A stretch of 64,000 nt of DNA, from positions 5,955-69,954 of the forward strand of contig CAZLQI010000011.1 in NCBI GenBank assembly GCA_964561765.1, read 5' to 3'. The notes under the pieces were generated by a model, which saw nothing but the letters and a program-made list of their open reading frames with translations, ran no database searches and had not been told where the DNA came from. Position numbers and translations under genes: made by a program. Below, piece after piece: positions 21,085 to 31,693 of this stretch. Source of the DNA: an uncultured Chromatiales bacterium. Its GTDB lineage: Bacteria; Pseudomonadota; Gammaproteobacteria; DATFLL01. Within the stretch, counting starts at the first letter, position 1, and each line of letters opens with the position of its first letter.

Positions 21085-22929
21085 ATGTCCGCCGTAGCAC
21101 CTCAAGTCGACACACCAATCGTGCTCGAGTTTCACGCTGTCGACAAGACCTTCGAGCGCGCCGGTGCCCGTCACCCGGCACTCAGCGACATCAACCTGCG
21201 CCTCACCGCCGGGGGGGTAACCGGGCTGATCGGCCCCGATGGCGCTGGCAAGACCACACTGATGCGCCTGGCCACCGGCTTGCTCGTGCCGGATACCGGC
21301 ACCATCACCGTCCTCGGTCACGATGTCACGCGTGAGCCCCTGGCCGTACAGTCCAGCACCGGTTACATGCCGCAACGCTTCGGTCTGTACGAGGACCTGA
21401 GCGTCCGGGAAAACCTCGAACTGTATGCCGATCTGCAGGGCGTGCCCCGCGCGCAGCGTGCATTACGCTATGACCGGCTCATGCACATGACCGGGCTGGC
21501 CACGTTCACCCGCCGTCTGGCCGGGCGACTCTCCGGGGGCATGAAACAGAAACTGGGCCTGGCCTGCACTCTGGTGCGCCCACCCCGCCTACTGTTGCTC
21601 GATGAGCCCACTGTTGGCGTCGATCCAGTGTCGCGGCGCGAACTGTGGGATATCGTCTACCGTCTGGTCCAGGACGAGGCCATGACCGTATTGCTGAGTA
21701 CCGCCTATCTCGATGAGGCCGAACGCTGCGACGAGGTAATTCTGCTCAACGCCGGGCGAACACTCGGCCACGCGCCACCAGCCGAATTCAGCGCACCCCT
21801 GCGCGGGCGGTGCTACACCCTCACCCTGCCCGGTGTACGCAAGCGTGTGCTACAAGCCCATGTTGCACATCAACCGGGCATACTCGATGCCGTCATCCAG
21901 GGCGAGGCCGTGCGCCTGGTCATGGCCGAGGACGTGCAGCCGGTGCTGTCCACACTGCTCTCCGGCCTACCCGGTGCACACGCCGCCCGGGCCCGACTCG
22001 ACGCCACCCCTCCCCGTTTCGAGGACAGTTTTGTCACCCGCATCCGTGCCCATCAACACGAGACATCGACGGGACCGCCGCTGAGTCCATCCGCACCACG
22101 GCCGTATGCGCCCACGCCGGTAAGCGCGGCCGCACTCCTCCCGACGGCCTCATCGGCCACCACCACGGTGCCGATCATCCGTGTCGCTCATCTCGAACGT
22201 TGCTTCGGTGAATTTCGTGCCGTGCGCGCGATCAGTTTTGAGGTGCACCGCGGCGAGGTCTTCGGCCTGCTCGGCGCCAATGGCGCCGGCAAGACCACCA
22301 CCTTTCGCATGCTCTGCGGCCTGCTGCCACCCAGCGCCGGTCAGGTCAGCGTGGCAGGGGTGGATCTGCGCCACGCCGCCGCCACCGCACGCGCGCGCAT
22401 CGGCTACATGTCACAGAAGTTCTCGCTCTATGGTCATCTCAGCGTTATACAGAATCTGCGCTTTTTCAGCGGTGCCTATGGCCTGCGCAAGGCCCAACGC
22501 ATGGCCCGGATCGCCTGGGCGCTGGAGCAATTCGATCTGGGCACGATGGCCAACAGCACCAGTCTGTCCCTGTCGCTTGGGCACAAGCAACGCCTCGCAC
22601 TGGCCTGTGCGCTGATGCACCAACCGGACATCCTGTTCCTTGACGAACCCACCTCCGGCGTCGATCCGCTGGCCCGGCGCGAGTTCTGGGAACGGATCAA
22701 TGCCCTGGCCGAGACCGGGGTCACCGTGCTAGTGACCACACACTTCATGGAAGAAGCCGAGTATTGCGACCGGCTCGCGATCATGGCCGTCGGCGAAATT
22801 CTTGCGCTCGGCACACCGGCATCGATAAAACACCACCAACAACGTAGCGACGACGAGATACTCAGCATGGAAGAGGCCTTTATCCGGCTCATCGAACACG
22901 GCGCAGAGGGTGCCGGAGACACACCATGA
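21085..22929 (+). CDS. Dual-domain ABC ATPase (YbhF-like)
   Basis: Two Walker A motifs (GPDGAGKT, GANGAGKT); DEPTVGVDP and DEPTSGVDP. Confidence 0.92.
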   Translation: MSAVAPQVDTPIVLEFHAVDKTFERAGARHPALSDINLRLTAGGVTGLIGPDGAGKTTLMRLATGLLVPDTGTITVLGHDVTREPLAVQSSTGYMPQRFGLYEDLSVRENLELYADLQGVPRAQRALRYDRLMHMTGLATFTRRLAGRLSGGMKQKLGLACTLVRPPRLLLLDEPTVGVDPVSRRELWDIVYRLVQDEAMTVLLSTAYLDEAERCDEVILLNAGRTLGHAPPAEFSAPLRGRCYTLTLPGVRKRVLQAHVAHQPGILDAVIQGEAVRLVMAEDVQPVLSTLLSGLPGAHAARARLDATPPRFEDSFVTRIRAHQHETSTGPPLSPSAPRPYAPTPVSAAALLPTASSATTTVPIIRVAHLERCFGEFRAVRAISFEVHRGEVFGLLGANGAGKTTTFRMLCGLLPPSAGQVSVAGVDLRHAAATARARIGYMSQKFSLYGHLSVIQNLRFFSGAYGLRKAQRMARIAWALEQFDLGTMANSTSLSLSLGHKQRLALACALMHQPDILFLDEPTSGVDPLARREFWERINALAETGVTVLVTTHFMEEAEYCDRLAIMAVGEILALGTPASIKHHQQRSDDEILSMEEAFIRLIEHGAEGAGDTP

Positions 22930-24059
22930 CACGCGGTGGCGCATCGATGCGCCTGCGCGGTCTCATCCGCAAGGAGTTTTTGCAAATTCTGCGCGACCCT
23001 AGCAGCCTTGCCATCGCCTTCGTCATGCCGGTGTTCTTGTTGTTGCTGTTCGGCTATGGCGTATCACTCGATGCCCGGCATGTGCCGCTGGCCTTCGTCA
23101 TCGCGCACCCCGATGCCACCACGGCGAGCTTCACCGGGGCCTTCGCCCACTCACCCTATTTCGATGCGATCCCGATGCCGAACATGCACACAGCCGAACA
23201 GGCCCTGATGGCGCGCAAGGTCAACGGCATCATACGGCTGCGTGCCGACTTCAGCCGTCGACTGCTAAGTGCCACCTCCACAGGTGCACCGATACAGCTC
23301 ATCGTCAACGGCGTGGATGGCAATACCGGGCGCATGGTCGAGGGCTACGTGCAGGGAGTGTGGGCACGCTGGCTCGAACAACGCGCTGCGGCACACGGAG
23401 TCACGCTGAGTACTCCGGTGCACCCGCAGGCACGGATCTGGTTCAACAGCGAACTGCGCTCTCGCGACTATCTGGTACCGGGGTTGATCGTGATCATCAT
23501 GACACTCATCGGCGCCCTGCTCACGGCCCTGGTCATGGCTCGCGAGTGGGAACGCGGCACGCTGGAGGCCCTGCTGGTCACGCCGGTGACTTTGCGCGAA
23601 ATCCTGCTCGGCAAGATCATTCCCTACTTCATCCTGGGCATGGGCAGCATGGCCTTGTCGGTGGTGATGGCGGTCTGGTTGTTTGCGGTGCCACTGCGCG
23701 GCAGCCTGGTCGTGCTGACGGCAACCTCGGCGTTGTTCCTGCTGGTTGCTCTGGGCATGGGTTTGCTGATCTCGGTCATTGCGCGCAACCAGTTCGTTGC
23801 CGGCCTCGTCGCCATCATCGCCACCTTCCTGCCAGCCTTCATCCTCTCCGGTTTCATCTTCGACATCGGCAGCATGCCAGCGCCCATCCAGGCCATTACC
23901 TACCTCGTCGCCGCACGCTACTTTGTCGCCATCCTGCAAAGTCTCTTTCTAGCCGGTAACGTGTGGCAGGTGATCTGGCCCAATGCAGGTGCACTGTTGA
24001 TCATGGCCGTATTTTTCCTCGGCCTCACCCGGCTCAAATCACACAAGCGGCTCGAATAA
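22926..24059 (+). CDS. ABC-2 permease (YbhS-like)
   Basis: KEFLQILRD, AREWERGTLEALL, LSGFIFDI. Confidence 0.9.
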   Translation: MTRGGASMRLRGLIRKEFLQILRDPSSLAIAFVMPVFLLLLFGYGVSLDARHVPLAFVIAHPDATTASFTGAFAHSPYFDAIPMPNMHTAEQALMARKVNGIIRLRADFSRRLLSATSTGAPIQLIVNGVDGNTGRMVEGYVQGVWARWLEQRAAAHGVTLSTPVHPQARIWFNSELRSRDYLVPGLIVIIMTLIGALLTALVMAREWERGTLEALLVTPVTLREILLGKIIPYFILGMGSMALSVVMAVWLFAVPLRGSLVVLTATSALFLLVALGMGLLISVIARNQFVAGLVAIIATFLPAFILSGFIFDIGSMPAPIQAITYLVAARYFVAILQSLFLAGNVWQVIWPNAGALLIMAVFFLGLTRLKSHKRLE

Positions 24060-24175
24060 TGCACTCCGGACCCCCCCCGGTGAGCGCCGAACGGCGACCG
24101 ACCCGGTGAGACGCCCCTTCGGCCTTACCGGTAGTATTTGACTACTCACTGCTCATTGCTAATTGGAATCACATC

Positions 24176-25285
24176 ATGTGGCGACGTATTCTCACCCTCA
24201 CCATCAAGGAATTTCTGGCCCTGCTCAAGGACAAGAAGAGCCGCATCGTCATTATCGTGCCACCGCTCATGCAACTCATCATATTCGGCTATGCCGCCAC
24301 GTTCGACTTAAACCACGTGTCGTTCGCCGTCTACAATGAGGACAATGGCAGCGCCTCGCGCGCACTCATCGCCCGGTTTGAAGGTTCACCCAACTTCCGG
24401 CGGGTCGCCACCCTCCACCGCCAAGCGGATATCCGCACGCTGATTGATGCGCGTCGTGCCCTGATGGTGGTACACATCGGTCCCGGCTTCAGCCGTCATC
24501 TGCTGCGCCACACCCCCGCTGATGTCCAGCTCATCGTCGATGGCCGCAATTCCAATACCGCCATGCTCGGATTGAACTATGCCCGTGGCATCATCGACGG
24601 ATTTAATCGCAATTGGGCGCACCAACACCATCTCCGCGCCCCGCCCGCCCGGTTGCTCATGCGCGCCTGGTACAACCCCAATCTGGTCAGCCGCTGGTTT
24701 ATCGTCCCCGGTATCGTCGGCCTGCTCACCCTCATCGTCACCATGCTGGTCACCGCGTTGTCCGTGGCCCGTGAACGCGAACAGGGGACCTTCGACCAGT
24801 TACTGGTCACCCCGCTGCGACCGCTGGAGATCCTCATCGGCAAGGCCCTACCAGGGCTGATTATAGGTACACTGGAGGCATCGCTGATCATCGTCCTCGC
24901 TGTGCTCTGGTTTCGTGTTCCGCTCATCGGACACCTCACCACGCTCTACACCGGTCTGGGCTTGTTCCTGCTCTCCGGTGTCGGCATCGGACTGATGGTC
25001 TCCGCCCTTGCCGTCACTCTGCAACAGGCCCTGCTCGGTGCCTTCCTGTTCATGGTCCCGGCCATCATTCTCTCCGGCTTTGCGACCCCCATCGCCAATA
25101 TGCCGGCCTTTGTACAGGCCATCACCCTGATCGATCCGGTACGCTACTTTATGGTGGTGCTACGTGGCGTCTTCCTCGAAGGTGCGCCCTTTCACCTGCT
25201 CATCGCCCAGTTCTGGCCCATGGCGCTCATCGGCATAACGACACTCGCACTGGCCACCTGGCTGTTCCGGCGCAGAATGTATTGA
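24176..25285 (+). CDS. ABC-2 permease (YbhR-like)
   Basis: VDGRNSNTA, AREREQGTFDQLLVTP, LSGFATPIANMP. Confidence 0.9.
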   Translation: MWRRILTLTIKEFLALLKDKKSRIVIIVPPLMQLIIFGYAATFDLNHVSFAVYNEDNGSASRALIARFEGSPNFRRVATLHRQADIRTLIDARRALMVVHIGPGFSRHLLRHTPADVQLIVDGRNSNTAMLGLNYARGIIDGFNRNWAHQHHLRAPPARLLMRAWYNPNLVSRWFIVPGIVGLLTLIVTMLVTALSVAREREQGTFDQLLVTPLRPLEILIGKALPGLIIGTLEASLIIVLAVLWFRVPLIGHLTTLYTGLGLFLLSGVGIGLMVSALAVTLQQALLGAFLFMVPAIILSGFATPIANMPAFVQAITLIDPVRYFMVVLRGVFLEGAPFHLLIAQFWPMALIGITTLALATWLFRRRMY

Positions 25286-25503
25286 GCCACACGGCTCACC
25301 ACACACCGGATCCCCGACGCCCCGCACGCGGATCACCCTGTGCTCAGCGAGGCATCTGTCGGACTATGGACCCGCTGAAGTGGGTGCTACCATAGATGCG
25401 CACGCATCGCTGCGGTGTGGCTGAAACGTCCTCACCACATCGGCTGCCCGGCATCCTGATTCAGGTACGGGCGGTAGTGCCACTTTGTCTGCGAGGTTCG
25501 ACC

Positions 25504-26121
25504 CTGTCCACCCTGACACTCAAGGCCGTGCGCGTATTGCATGTCGGCCCCATCGATTTATCCCTCTCTGTGGGCGAGTGCGTCTGTCTGTCCGGTGCAT
25601 CGGGGGTGGGCAAGAGTCTGTTGTTGCGAGCCGTGGCCGATCTCGTGGTGCATGACGGCGAAGCCTACCTGGATGACGCACCCTGCCAGGGTATGAATGC
25701 GCCGCAGTGGCGCCGGCAGGTGGGCCTGTTACCGCCCGAGAGCGCCTGGTGGTTCGAGCGGGTGGGCGAACACTTTCCCGCAGGTAATGGGGAGAATGAC
25801 GTACTGCACGGCGCCTTCGCGCAGCTTGGCTTCAAGGCCGGGACACTCGACTGGGAGGTGGCGCGCTGTTCGAGTGGTGAGCGCCAACGCCTTGCCCTGC
25901 TGCGTCTGCTGGCACAGGGGCCACGAGCATTGCTGCTCGATGAACCCACCGCCAGCCTCGACCCGAAGTCCGTGGCCCGAGTTGAAGCTATGGTGACACG
26001 CTACCGGAAGGAGCACGCCGCGCCCGTGTTGTGGGTCAGTCACGATCCGGCGCAGATCGAACGCATGGCCACGCAACACCTGATCATGGGCGAGGACGGA
26101 CAGTTGGAGCGGGCGGCATGA
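25504..26121 (+). CDS. ABC ATPase (FetA/YbbL-like); start uncertain (CTG 25504, GTG 25477 or ATG 25396)
   Basis: GASGVGKS, SSGERQR, LLLDEPTASLD, WVSHD. Confidence 0.8.
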   Translation: MSTLTLKAVRVLHVGPIDLSLSVGECVCLSGASGVGKSLLLRAVADLVVHDGEAYLDDAPCQGMNAPQWRRQVGLLPPESAWWFERVGEHFPAGNGENDVLHGAFAQLGFKAGTLDWEVARCSSGERQRLALLRLLAQGPRALLLDEPTASLDPKSVARVEAMVTRYRKEHAAPVLWVSHDPAQIERMATQHLIMGEDGQLERAA

Positions 26122-26930
26122 ACATGACTACGCTGAGTACCCTGGACCTTGCCCTGGCCGCCTTGCTGGTGCTTGCCCTGGCCGGATTGTCACGCTGGCA
26201 GCAGCTTGGCGTCGGTCGGCGCCTGATCATCGCTGCGGCACGCACGGCGGTCCAGTTGACCCTGATCGGACTGGTTCTCAAGGTACTGTTTGCCCATGCG
26301 CAACTGCTCTGGATCGGCCTGATGGCCGCCGTCATGCTGGCGGCGGCAGGGCGCGAGGTGATGGCGCGCCAGACACAGCGTTTTACCGGCTGGTGGGGCT
26401 ATGGGCTGGGCACGCTGGCAATGTTCGTCTCCAGCTTCAGCGTCTTGATCCTGGTGTTGGTGGTGATCATTGCCAACCGGCCCTGGTATGAGCCGCAGTA
26501 TGCGATCCCGCTGCTGGGCATGATGCTCGGCAATACCATGAACGGGGTAGCGCTGAGTCTGGATCGCCTCACCGAATCGGCCCGTACCCGGCGCGGTGCC
26601 ATCGAGGGGAGGCTGTGCCTCGGTGAGGACTGGCATGTCGCCATTCGTGACATTCGCCGCGACAGTATGCGCATCGGAGTGTTACCCATCATCAACGCCA
26701 TGGCCGCAGCCGGTCTTGTCAGCCTGCCAGGCATGATGACCGGTCAGATACTCGCCGGTTCACCGCCGGTCGAGGCGGTGAAATACCAGATCCTGATCAT
26801 GTTCATGATTGCCGCAGGCACCGGGTTAGCGACCCTGCTGGCCGTGCAGGTGGGTGCCCGGCGTCTGTTCGATGAACGTCAGCGTTTGCGGTTGGACCGG
26901 CTGACAGCACCGGCAAAAAACGGTGCCTGA
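26118..26930 (+). CDS. ABC permease (FetB/YbbM, UPF0014 family)
   Basis: RTAVQL, PQYAIPLLGMMLGN, GLVSLPGMMTGQILAG..PVEAVKYQI. Confidence 0.88.
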   Translation: MNMTTLSTLDLALAALLVLALAGLSRWQQLGVGRRLIIAAARTAVQLTLIGLVLKVLFAHAQLLWIGLMAAVMLAAAGREVMARQTQRFTGWWGYGLGTLAMFVSSFSVLILVLVVIIANRPWYEPQYAIPLLGMMLGNTMNGVALSLDRLTESARTRRGAIEGRLCLGEDWHVAIRDIRRDSMRIGVLPIINAMAAAGLVSLPGMMTGQILAGSPPVEAVKYQILIMFMIAAGTGLATLLAVQVGARRLFDERQRLRLDRLTAPAKNGA

Positions 26931-26968
26931 GTGTATGGTCACGACCGGTTGTCCCCCATACCCCCCGC

Positions 26969-27841
26969 TCAATCTGATACGGCCTCGCTGAACAGCGCCT
27001 CGTAGAGGAAATTCGGCGCACACATCGAGGCGGTATGGATGGCATGGTTGTAATAGTGGGTCTGGAACGGCTTGTCGCGCGCGTCCTCTTCGCGAAAACC
27101 GCTCAGAGTGGTGTCGCGCCGCGCCAGGGTGGCCGACCACCAGCCAGAGGGATACACGGGCTGGGGGAAGTGCAAGGTCAAGGTATCAAGGTAGCCAGCA
27201 GCGCGCATGTCCTGGTGCATACGCTGGATCAGGGGTAGATGCAGCAGGGGAGATTCACTTTGCTGGACGAGGATGCCATCCGCGCCCAGCGCCTTGAAGC
27301 AGTCCTGGTAAAAGGGCCTCTGGAACAGGCCCTCGGCGGGGCCGATGGGATCGGTGCTATCGATGATGATGACATCATAGTGCCCGGGAGCAGCCTCCTG
27401 GACCCATTTGATGCCATCGACAAAACGCAGTTCGGCGCGCGGATCGCCGTTGGACGCACACAGCTCGGGGAAAAACTGCTCGGAAAGGCGAGTGACACGC
27501 TCGTCGAGCTCCACCTGCTGGGCGTGTTCCACGCCAGGGTGTTTGAGCACCTCGCGCAGGGTGCCACAATCACCGCCACCGATGATAAGGACGTTCTTCG
27601 GCGCAGCGTGAGTAAACAACGCCGGGTGGGACATCATCTCGTGGTAGAGAAAGTTGTCACGGGTGGAGAGCATGACATAGCCATCGATGGCCATCACATT
27701 GCCCCAGTCTTCGGTTGCGTAGATGCTGATGCGCTGGTAGGCGCTGTGTTCTTCGTGGAGCTTGGCCTTGATCCTGAAGGAGAAGGCGCAACCCGCGGCC
27801 TCGTGGACCTCGGTGAACCAGTGTGTGTCGTCCAGCACCAT
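26969..27841 (-). CDS. speE: Polyamine aminopropyltransferase (spermidine synthase)
   Basis: YHEMMSH, VLIIGGGDCGTLRE, DVIIIDSTDPIGP. Confidence 0.94.
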   Translation of the reverse strand: MVLDDTHWFTEVHEAAGCAFSFRIKAKLHEEHSAYQRISIYATEDWGNVMAIDGYVMLSTRDNFLYHEMMSHPALFTHAAPKNVLIIGGGDCGTLREVLKHPGVEHAQQVELDERVTRLSEQFFPELCASNGDPRAELRFVDGIKWVQEAAPGHYDVIIIDSTDPIGPAEGLFQRPFYQDCFKALGADGILVQQSESPLLHLPLIQRMHQDMRAAGYLDTLTLHFPQPVYPSGWWSATLARRDTTLSGFREEDARDKPFQTHYYNHAIHTASMCAPNFLYEALFSEAVSD

Positions 27842-28016
27842 GGGTGGCTCCTGTGTGCGGCGTGGCGGAAAAGCAGACCCCAAAGGGTAAAAGATATGGC
27901 CAGAGGGAACAAGCGCGCAGGGGCGAATGCGCCGGGGTTTTATCCACGCGCGTTTATTCTCGTGCGCAAATCTTTCATACTCGTGGCCCCTGTCACGCTA
28001 CCGGTAACTACCAAGC

Positions 28017-29921
28017 ATGTCTGAGTGGACCACACGCGATGCCTGCAAAACCTACAATATCCTCCACTGGGGCGGGGGCTATTATGATATCGATGCCGGA
28101 GGGTATCTGTGCGCGCGCCCCGATCGTGATGACACTCACCCTGGGGTGAACCTGTATGCCCTGGCCAGGGACATGCAGCGCCAGGGGCTGTCCCTGCCAT
28201 TGTTGGTGCGCTTCCCCGGCATCCTGCGCGATCGAGTCGATACCCTGTGCGGCGCCTTTGCCCAAGCTATGGATGCGCTGAGCTACACCGGCGGGTTTAC
28301 GGCAGCATATCCCATCAAGGTCAACCAGCAACGGCGCGTGGTTGAGGATATCCTGCACAACAACCGGGGCCGGGTCGGCCTAGAGGCAGGCAGCAAGCCG
28401 GAACTGCTGGTAGTCATGGCGCTGTCCGAACCCGGTGGTATCGTCATTTGTAACGGTTACAAGGATCGTGAATACATCCGCCTGGCGCTGATCGGCCGCG
28501 CCTTGGGCCTGCGTGTCCACATCGTGGTGGAAAAGCGCTCCGAGCTGGCATTGATCCTCCAGGAGTCCCGACGCATGGGCGTGGCACCGCTCATCGGCGT
28601 GCGCGTGCGCCTGTCCTCCCTGGGCGCGGGCAAGTGGCAGAACACCGGCGGCGAGAAGGCCAAATTCGGTCTCTCGTCCACACAGCTCCTGGAGATGGTC
28701 GAACACCTGCGTACCGAGGGCATGCTCGATGCGCTGCAACTGCTGCACTGTCACATGGGCTCGCAGATCGCCAATATCCAGGACATCCAGCGCGGTATGC
28801 GCGAGTGCGCACGCTATTTCGCCGAGCTGTGTCACCTCGGCGCACCGATCGGCATCATGGACGTCGGTGGTGGTCTGGGCGTGGACTACGAAGGCACCCG
28901 TTCGCGCAGCTTCTGTTCGATGAACTACAACGTGCAGGACTACGCCAACAACGTGATGCACAGCCTGTGGACGGTGTGCGAGGAACAGGGTCTGGTCCAA
29001 CCGCATGTCATCAGCGAATCGGGCCGCGCATTGACGGCCCACCACGCGGTGCTGATCGTCAATGTGATCGACGTGGAGAGGACACCGGGCGAGGTGGCGC
29101 CAGCGGCACCCGTCGCCGAAGAACCGCCGGTCATCACCCATCTGCGTGAGGCCTTGGCCAGTCTGCAACCAACACCACACGGCACACCACGCTCAGCGCT
29201 GGAGGTCTACCACGATGCCGTGCACTGGCTGGGCGAGGCGCAGACCGGGTACACCCACGGTGTACTCGGTCTGGCGCAGCGCGCCCAGGCAGAACGAATC
29301 TACTTCGCCATCTGCTGGCGTGTGCGTCGACGCCTGCAACCGGGTGCGCGAGCACACCGCGAGGTACTCGACGCACTCGATGCCAAGCTTGCCGACAAGT
29401 ATTTCTGTAATTTCTCTCTGTTCCAGTCCCTACCAGACGTGTGGGCCATCGACCAGATATTCCCGGTCGTACCCCTGCACCGCCTCGACGAGGCGCCCAC
29501 CCGGCGTGCGGTGCTGGAGGACATCACCTGCGACTCGGACGGGCGCATCGATCACTATGTCGATGCCGAGGGCATCGAGGCCAGCCTGCCGTTGCACGCA
29601 CCACGTGAGGGCGAACCCTATCTGCTCGGCCTGTTCATGATCGGTGCCTACCAGGAAATCCTCGGCGATATGCACAACCTGTTCGGCGATACCAATGCGG
29701 TACACGTGGAGGTCACCGCACAGGGCCACCACAAGGTGGTCGATACCCTTCGCGGCGACACGGTGGATGCGGTGCTCGACCATGTCCACTTTGATGCCAC
29801 GGATCTGATGGCACGCTATCAGGCCAAACTGGCGCTGGCCGCCCTGGATGAGCCAGTGCGTGCGCGCTTTGTCGAAGCGTTGGCCGCAGGTCTGCAGGGC
29901 TACACCTATCTGGAAGACTGA
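28017..29921 (+). CDS. speA: Biosynthetic arginine decarboxylase
   Basis: YPIKVNQ (PLP Lys), GLEAGSKPE, CNGYKD, DVGGGLGVDY, DITCDSDG, GAYQEILGDMHNLFG. Confidence 0.96.
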   Translation: MSEWTTRDACKTYNILHWGGGYYDIDAGGYLCARPDRDDTHPGVNLYALARDMQRQGLSLPLLVRFPGILRDRVDTLCGAFAQAMDALSYTGGFTAAYPIKVNQQRRVVEDILHNNRGRVGLEAGSKPELLVVMALSEPGGIVICNGYKDREYIRLALIGRALGLRVHIVVEKRSELALILQESRRMGVAPLIGVRVRLSSLGAGKWQNTGGEKAKFGLSSTQLLEMVEHLRTEGMLDALQLLHCHMGSQIANIQDIQRGMRECARYFAELCHLGAPIGIMDVGGGLGVDYEGTRSRSFCSMNYNVQDYANNVMHSLWTVCEEQGLVQPHVISESGRALTAHHAVLIVNVIDVERTPGEVAPAAPVAEEPPVITHLREALASLQPTPHGTPRSALEVYHDAVHWLGEAQTGYTHGVLGLAQRAQAERIYFAICWRVRRRLQPGARAHREVLDALDAKLADKYFCNFSLFQSLPDVWAIDQIFPVVPLHRLDEAPTRRAVLEDITCDSDGRIDHYVDAEGIEASLPLHAPREGEPYLLGLFMIGAYQEILGDMHNLFGDTNAVHVEVTAQGHHKVVDTLRGDTVDAVLDHVHFDATDLMARYQAKLALAALDEPVRARFVEALAAGLQGYTYLED

Positions 29922-29973
29922 CCGGGACGGGTCTGCGCACCCGTTGCGGTTGGCGATGCGACGTGGAGGGGAA

Positions 29974-30870
29974 ATGAAAACAGGCTTTATAGGACTGGGC
30001 GCGATGGGACGCCACATGGCGCGGCATCTGCTGGGCGCCGGGCATCTCATCGGCGTGTGGAATCGCACCCGTGAGACGACACAGGCCTGGTGGGTGGACG
30101 TCGGCTCGCCCGCAGGGGTGATACTTGCCGACACTCCGGCCACGCTTGCCGCGCGCTGTGAGCTGGTGGTGAGCTGTGTCTCCGACGATGCAGCCCTGCG
30201 CGAGGTGGTCAGTGCGATGGCACCCGCCCTGGCGCCCGGTACGGTGTGGGTCGATACGTCAACGGTGGGCAGAGAGACAATCTGTGCGCTGGCGCGCCAT
30301 CTGGCTAGATGCGGTGTCCACAGCCTCGATGCCCCGGTCACCGGCGGGGTGGAAGGCGCGCGCGATGCGCGGCTGGTGATGCTGGTCGGTGGCGAGCGGG
30401 ACACGCTGGCGCGCGTGCGTCCGACGCTGGCCAGCTTCACCCGCCGTATCGAGCACATGGGTATCCTCGGGACCGGCCAGGCCGCCAAGGCAGTCAACCA
30501 GTTGATGGTCGCCGGCATCAATCAGGCGGTAACCGAGGCACTGGCCTTCGGCGAGGCGCTGGCGCGTGAGTCCGGCCTGGACACGGCACGTCTGGCCGAA
30601 GTATTGGGCGGCGGCGCGGCCGGCAGTTGGTTCCTGGACCATCGCGGCGCGAGCATGCTCGCCGGAGACTACACGCCGGGGTTTAAGCTCGCCTTGCACC
30701 ACAAGGACCTCGGCCTGTGCCAGGAACTGGCCAGGGGGATGGGCGCCCGACTACCCTTGGTGGACATGACCCTAGCGCACTATGGTCAACTTATGGATGC
30801 CGGGCGGGGGGGTGAGGACATCTCGGTTTTGATCGAACAAAAGCGTACACTTTTCAAACAGAAATCCTGA
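29974..30870 (+). CDS. 3-hydroxyisobutyrate dehydrogenase-family NAD(P) oxidoreductase
   Basis: GFIGLGAMG, LDAPVTGG, GQAAKAVNQ, KDLG. Confidence 0.9.
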   Translation: MKTGFIGLGAMGRHMARHLLGAGHLIGVWNRTRETTQAWWVDVGSPAGVILADTPATLAARCELVVSCVSDDAALREVVSAMAPALAPGTVWVDTSTVGRETICALARHLARCGVHSLDAPVTGGVEGARDARLVMLVGGERDTLARVRPTLASFTRRIEHMGILGTGQAAKAVNQLMVAGINQAVTEALAFGEALARESGLDTARLAEVLGGGAAGSWFLDHRGASMLAGDYTPGFKLALHHKDLGLCQELARGMGARLPLVDMTLAHYGQLMDAGRGGEDISVLIEQKRTLFKQKS

Positions 30871-30946
30871 GCTCAGCCTGGGATGGTATTACCCGTAGTG
30901 GAGTACGGGGACTCACAATATAACCAAATGCAGGAGAGAGAACAGC

Positions 30947-31615
30947 ATGAAAAAAACGATTGTGGTGATCTGTGTGGCAGTATTGCTGGGTGGCTGTGCG
31001 GCACCCGGGCAGCAGGGTGCAGGCCAGCAGCCAAGTCGCGCAACACTAGGGGCGATCATCGGTGCCGTGTCTGGTGCGGTGATTGGCAACCAGACCCACA
31101 GCAAGAACGGTGCGCTCGCAGGGGCGGTGCTCGGTGCGGTTGCTGGAGGCTCCATCGGCTATTACATGGACAAGCAGGAACAGGACTACAAGAATGCGCT
31201 GGCGACCGAGCAGCGTAACCATGAGATTGAAATCCAGCGCGTGCGCGCCAACCTGATGCGTTTGACGCTGAATTCGGAGGCCTCGTTCGACTTTGGCAGG
31301 GCGACAGTCAAACCGGCCTTCTACCAGACACTGGACAAGCTGGCCACTCTGATGCAGAAGTACAACCGCACGCAGGTGACCATCGTCGGTTACACCGACT
31401 CGGTAGGCTCTGCGGCCTACAATCAGCAGCTCTCCGAGCGTCGTGCGCAGGCCGTTGCCGATTATCTGATCAACCAGGGCGTGGCGTCCTCGCGCATACG
31501 GACCGAGGGGCGCGGTGAAAGCAATCCGCGGGCGAGCAATGCCACTGCAGCGGGCCGCCAGCTCAATCGCCGGGTGGCGATCCTGATCCGGCCGGACAAT
31601 ACCTTCCAGCAATAA
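30947..31615 (+). CDS. OmpA-family lipoprotein (YiaD-like, glycine zipper)
   Basis: Lipobox LGGC; GYTDSVG..YNQQLSERRA; NRRV. Confidence 0.92.
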   Translation: MKKTIVVICVAVLLGGCAAPGQQGAGQQPSRATLGAIIGAVSGAVIGNQTHSKNGALAGAVLGAVAGGSIGYYMDKQEQDYKNALATEQRNHEIEIQRVRANLMRLTLNSEASFDFGRATVKPAFYQTLDKLATLMQKYNRTQVTIVGYTDSVGSAAYNQQLSERRAQAVADYLINQGVASSRIRTEGRGESNPRASNATAAGRQLNRRVAILIRPDNTFQQ

Positions 31616-31644
31616 GCAAAGATCGGTCATACACACCGCGTTCA

Positions 31645-31684
31645 ACGCCAGCAGCGCCACCTCCTCCGGTGGCGCTGCTGGCGT
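31645..31684. terminator. Hairpin between convergent genes
   Basis: ACGCCAGCAGCGCCACC-tcctcc-GGTGGCGCTGCTGGCGT 17-bp stem; weak U tract. Confidence 0.6.
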
Positions 31685-31693
31685 GGGGCCGTC

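Noticed and set aside
26969-29921. Link between speE/speA and the binding protein/GGDEF-EAL pair (NspS/MbaA-like polyamine sensing)
   Set aside because: About 9 kb apart, and the binding protein is not PotD-like; proximity alone is insufficient
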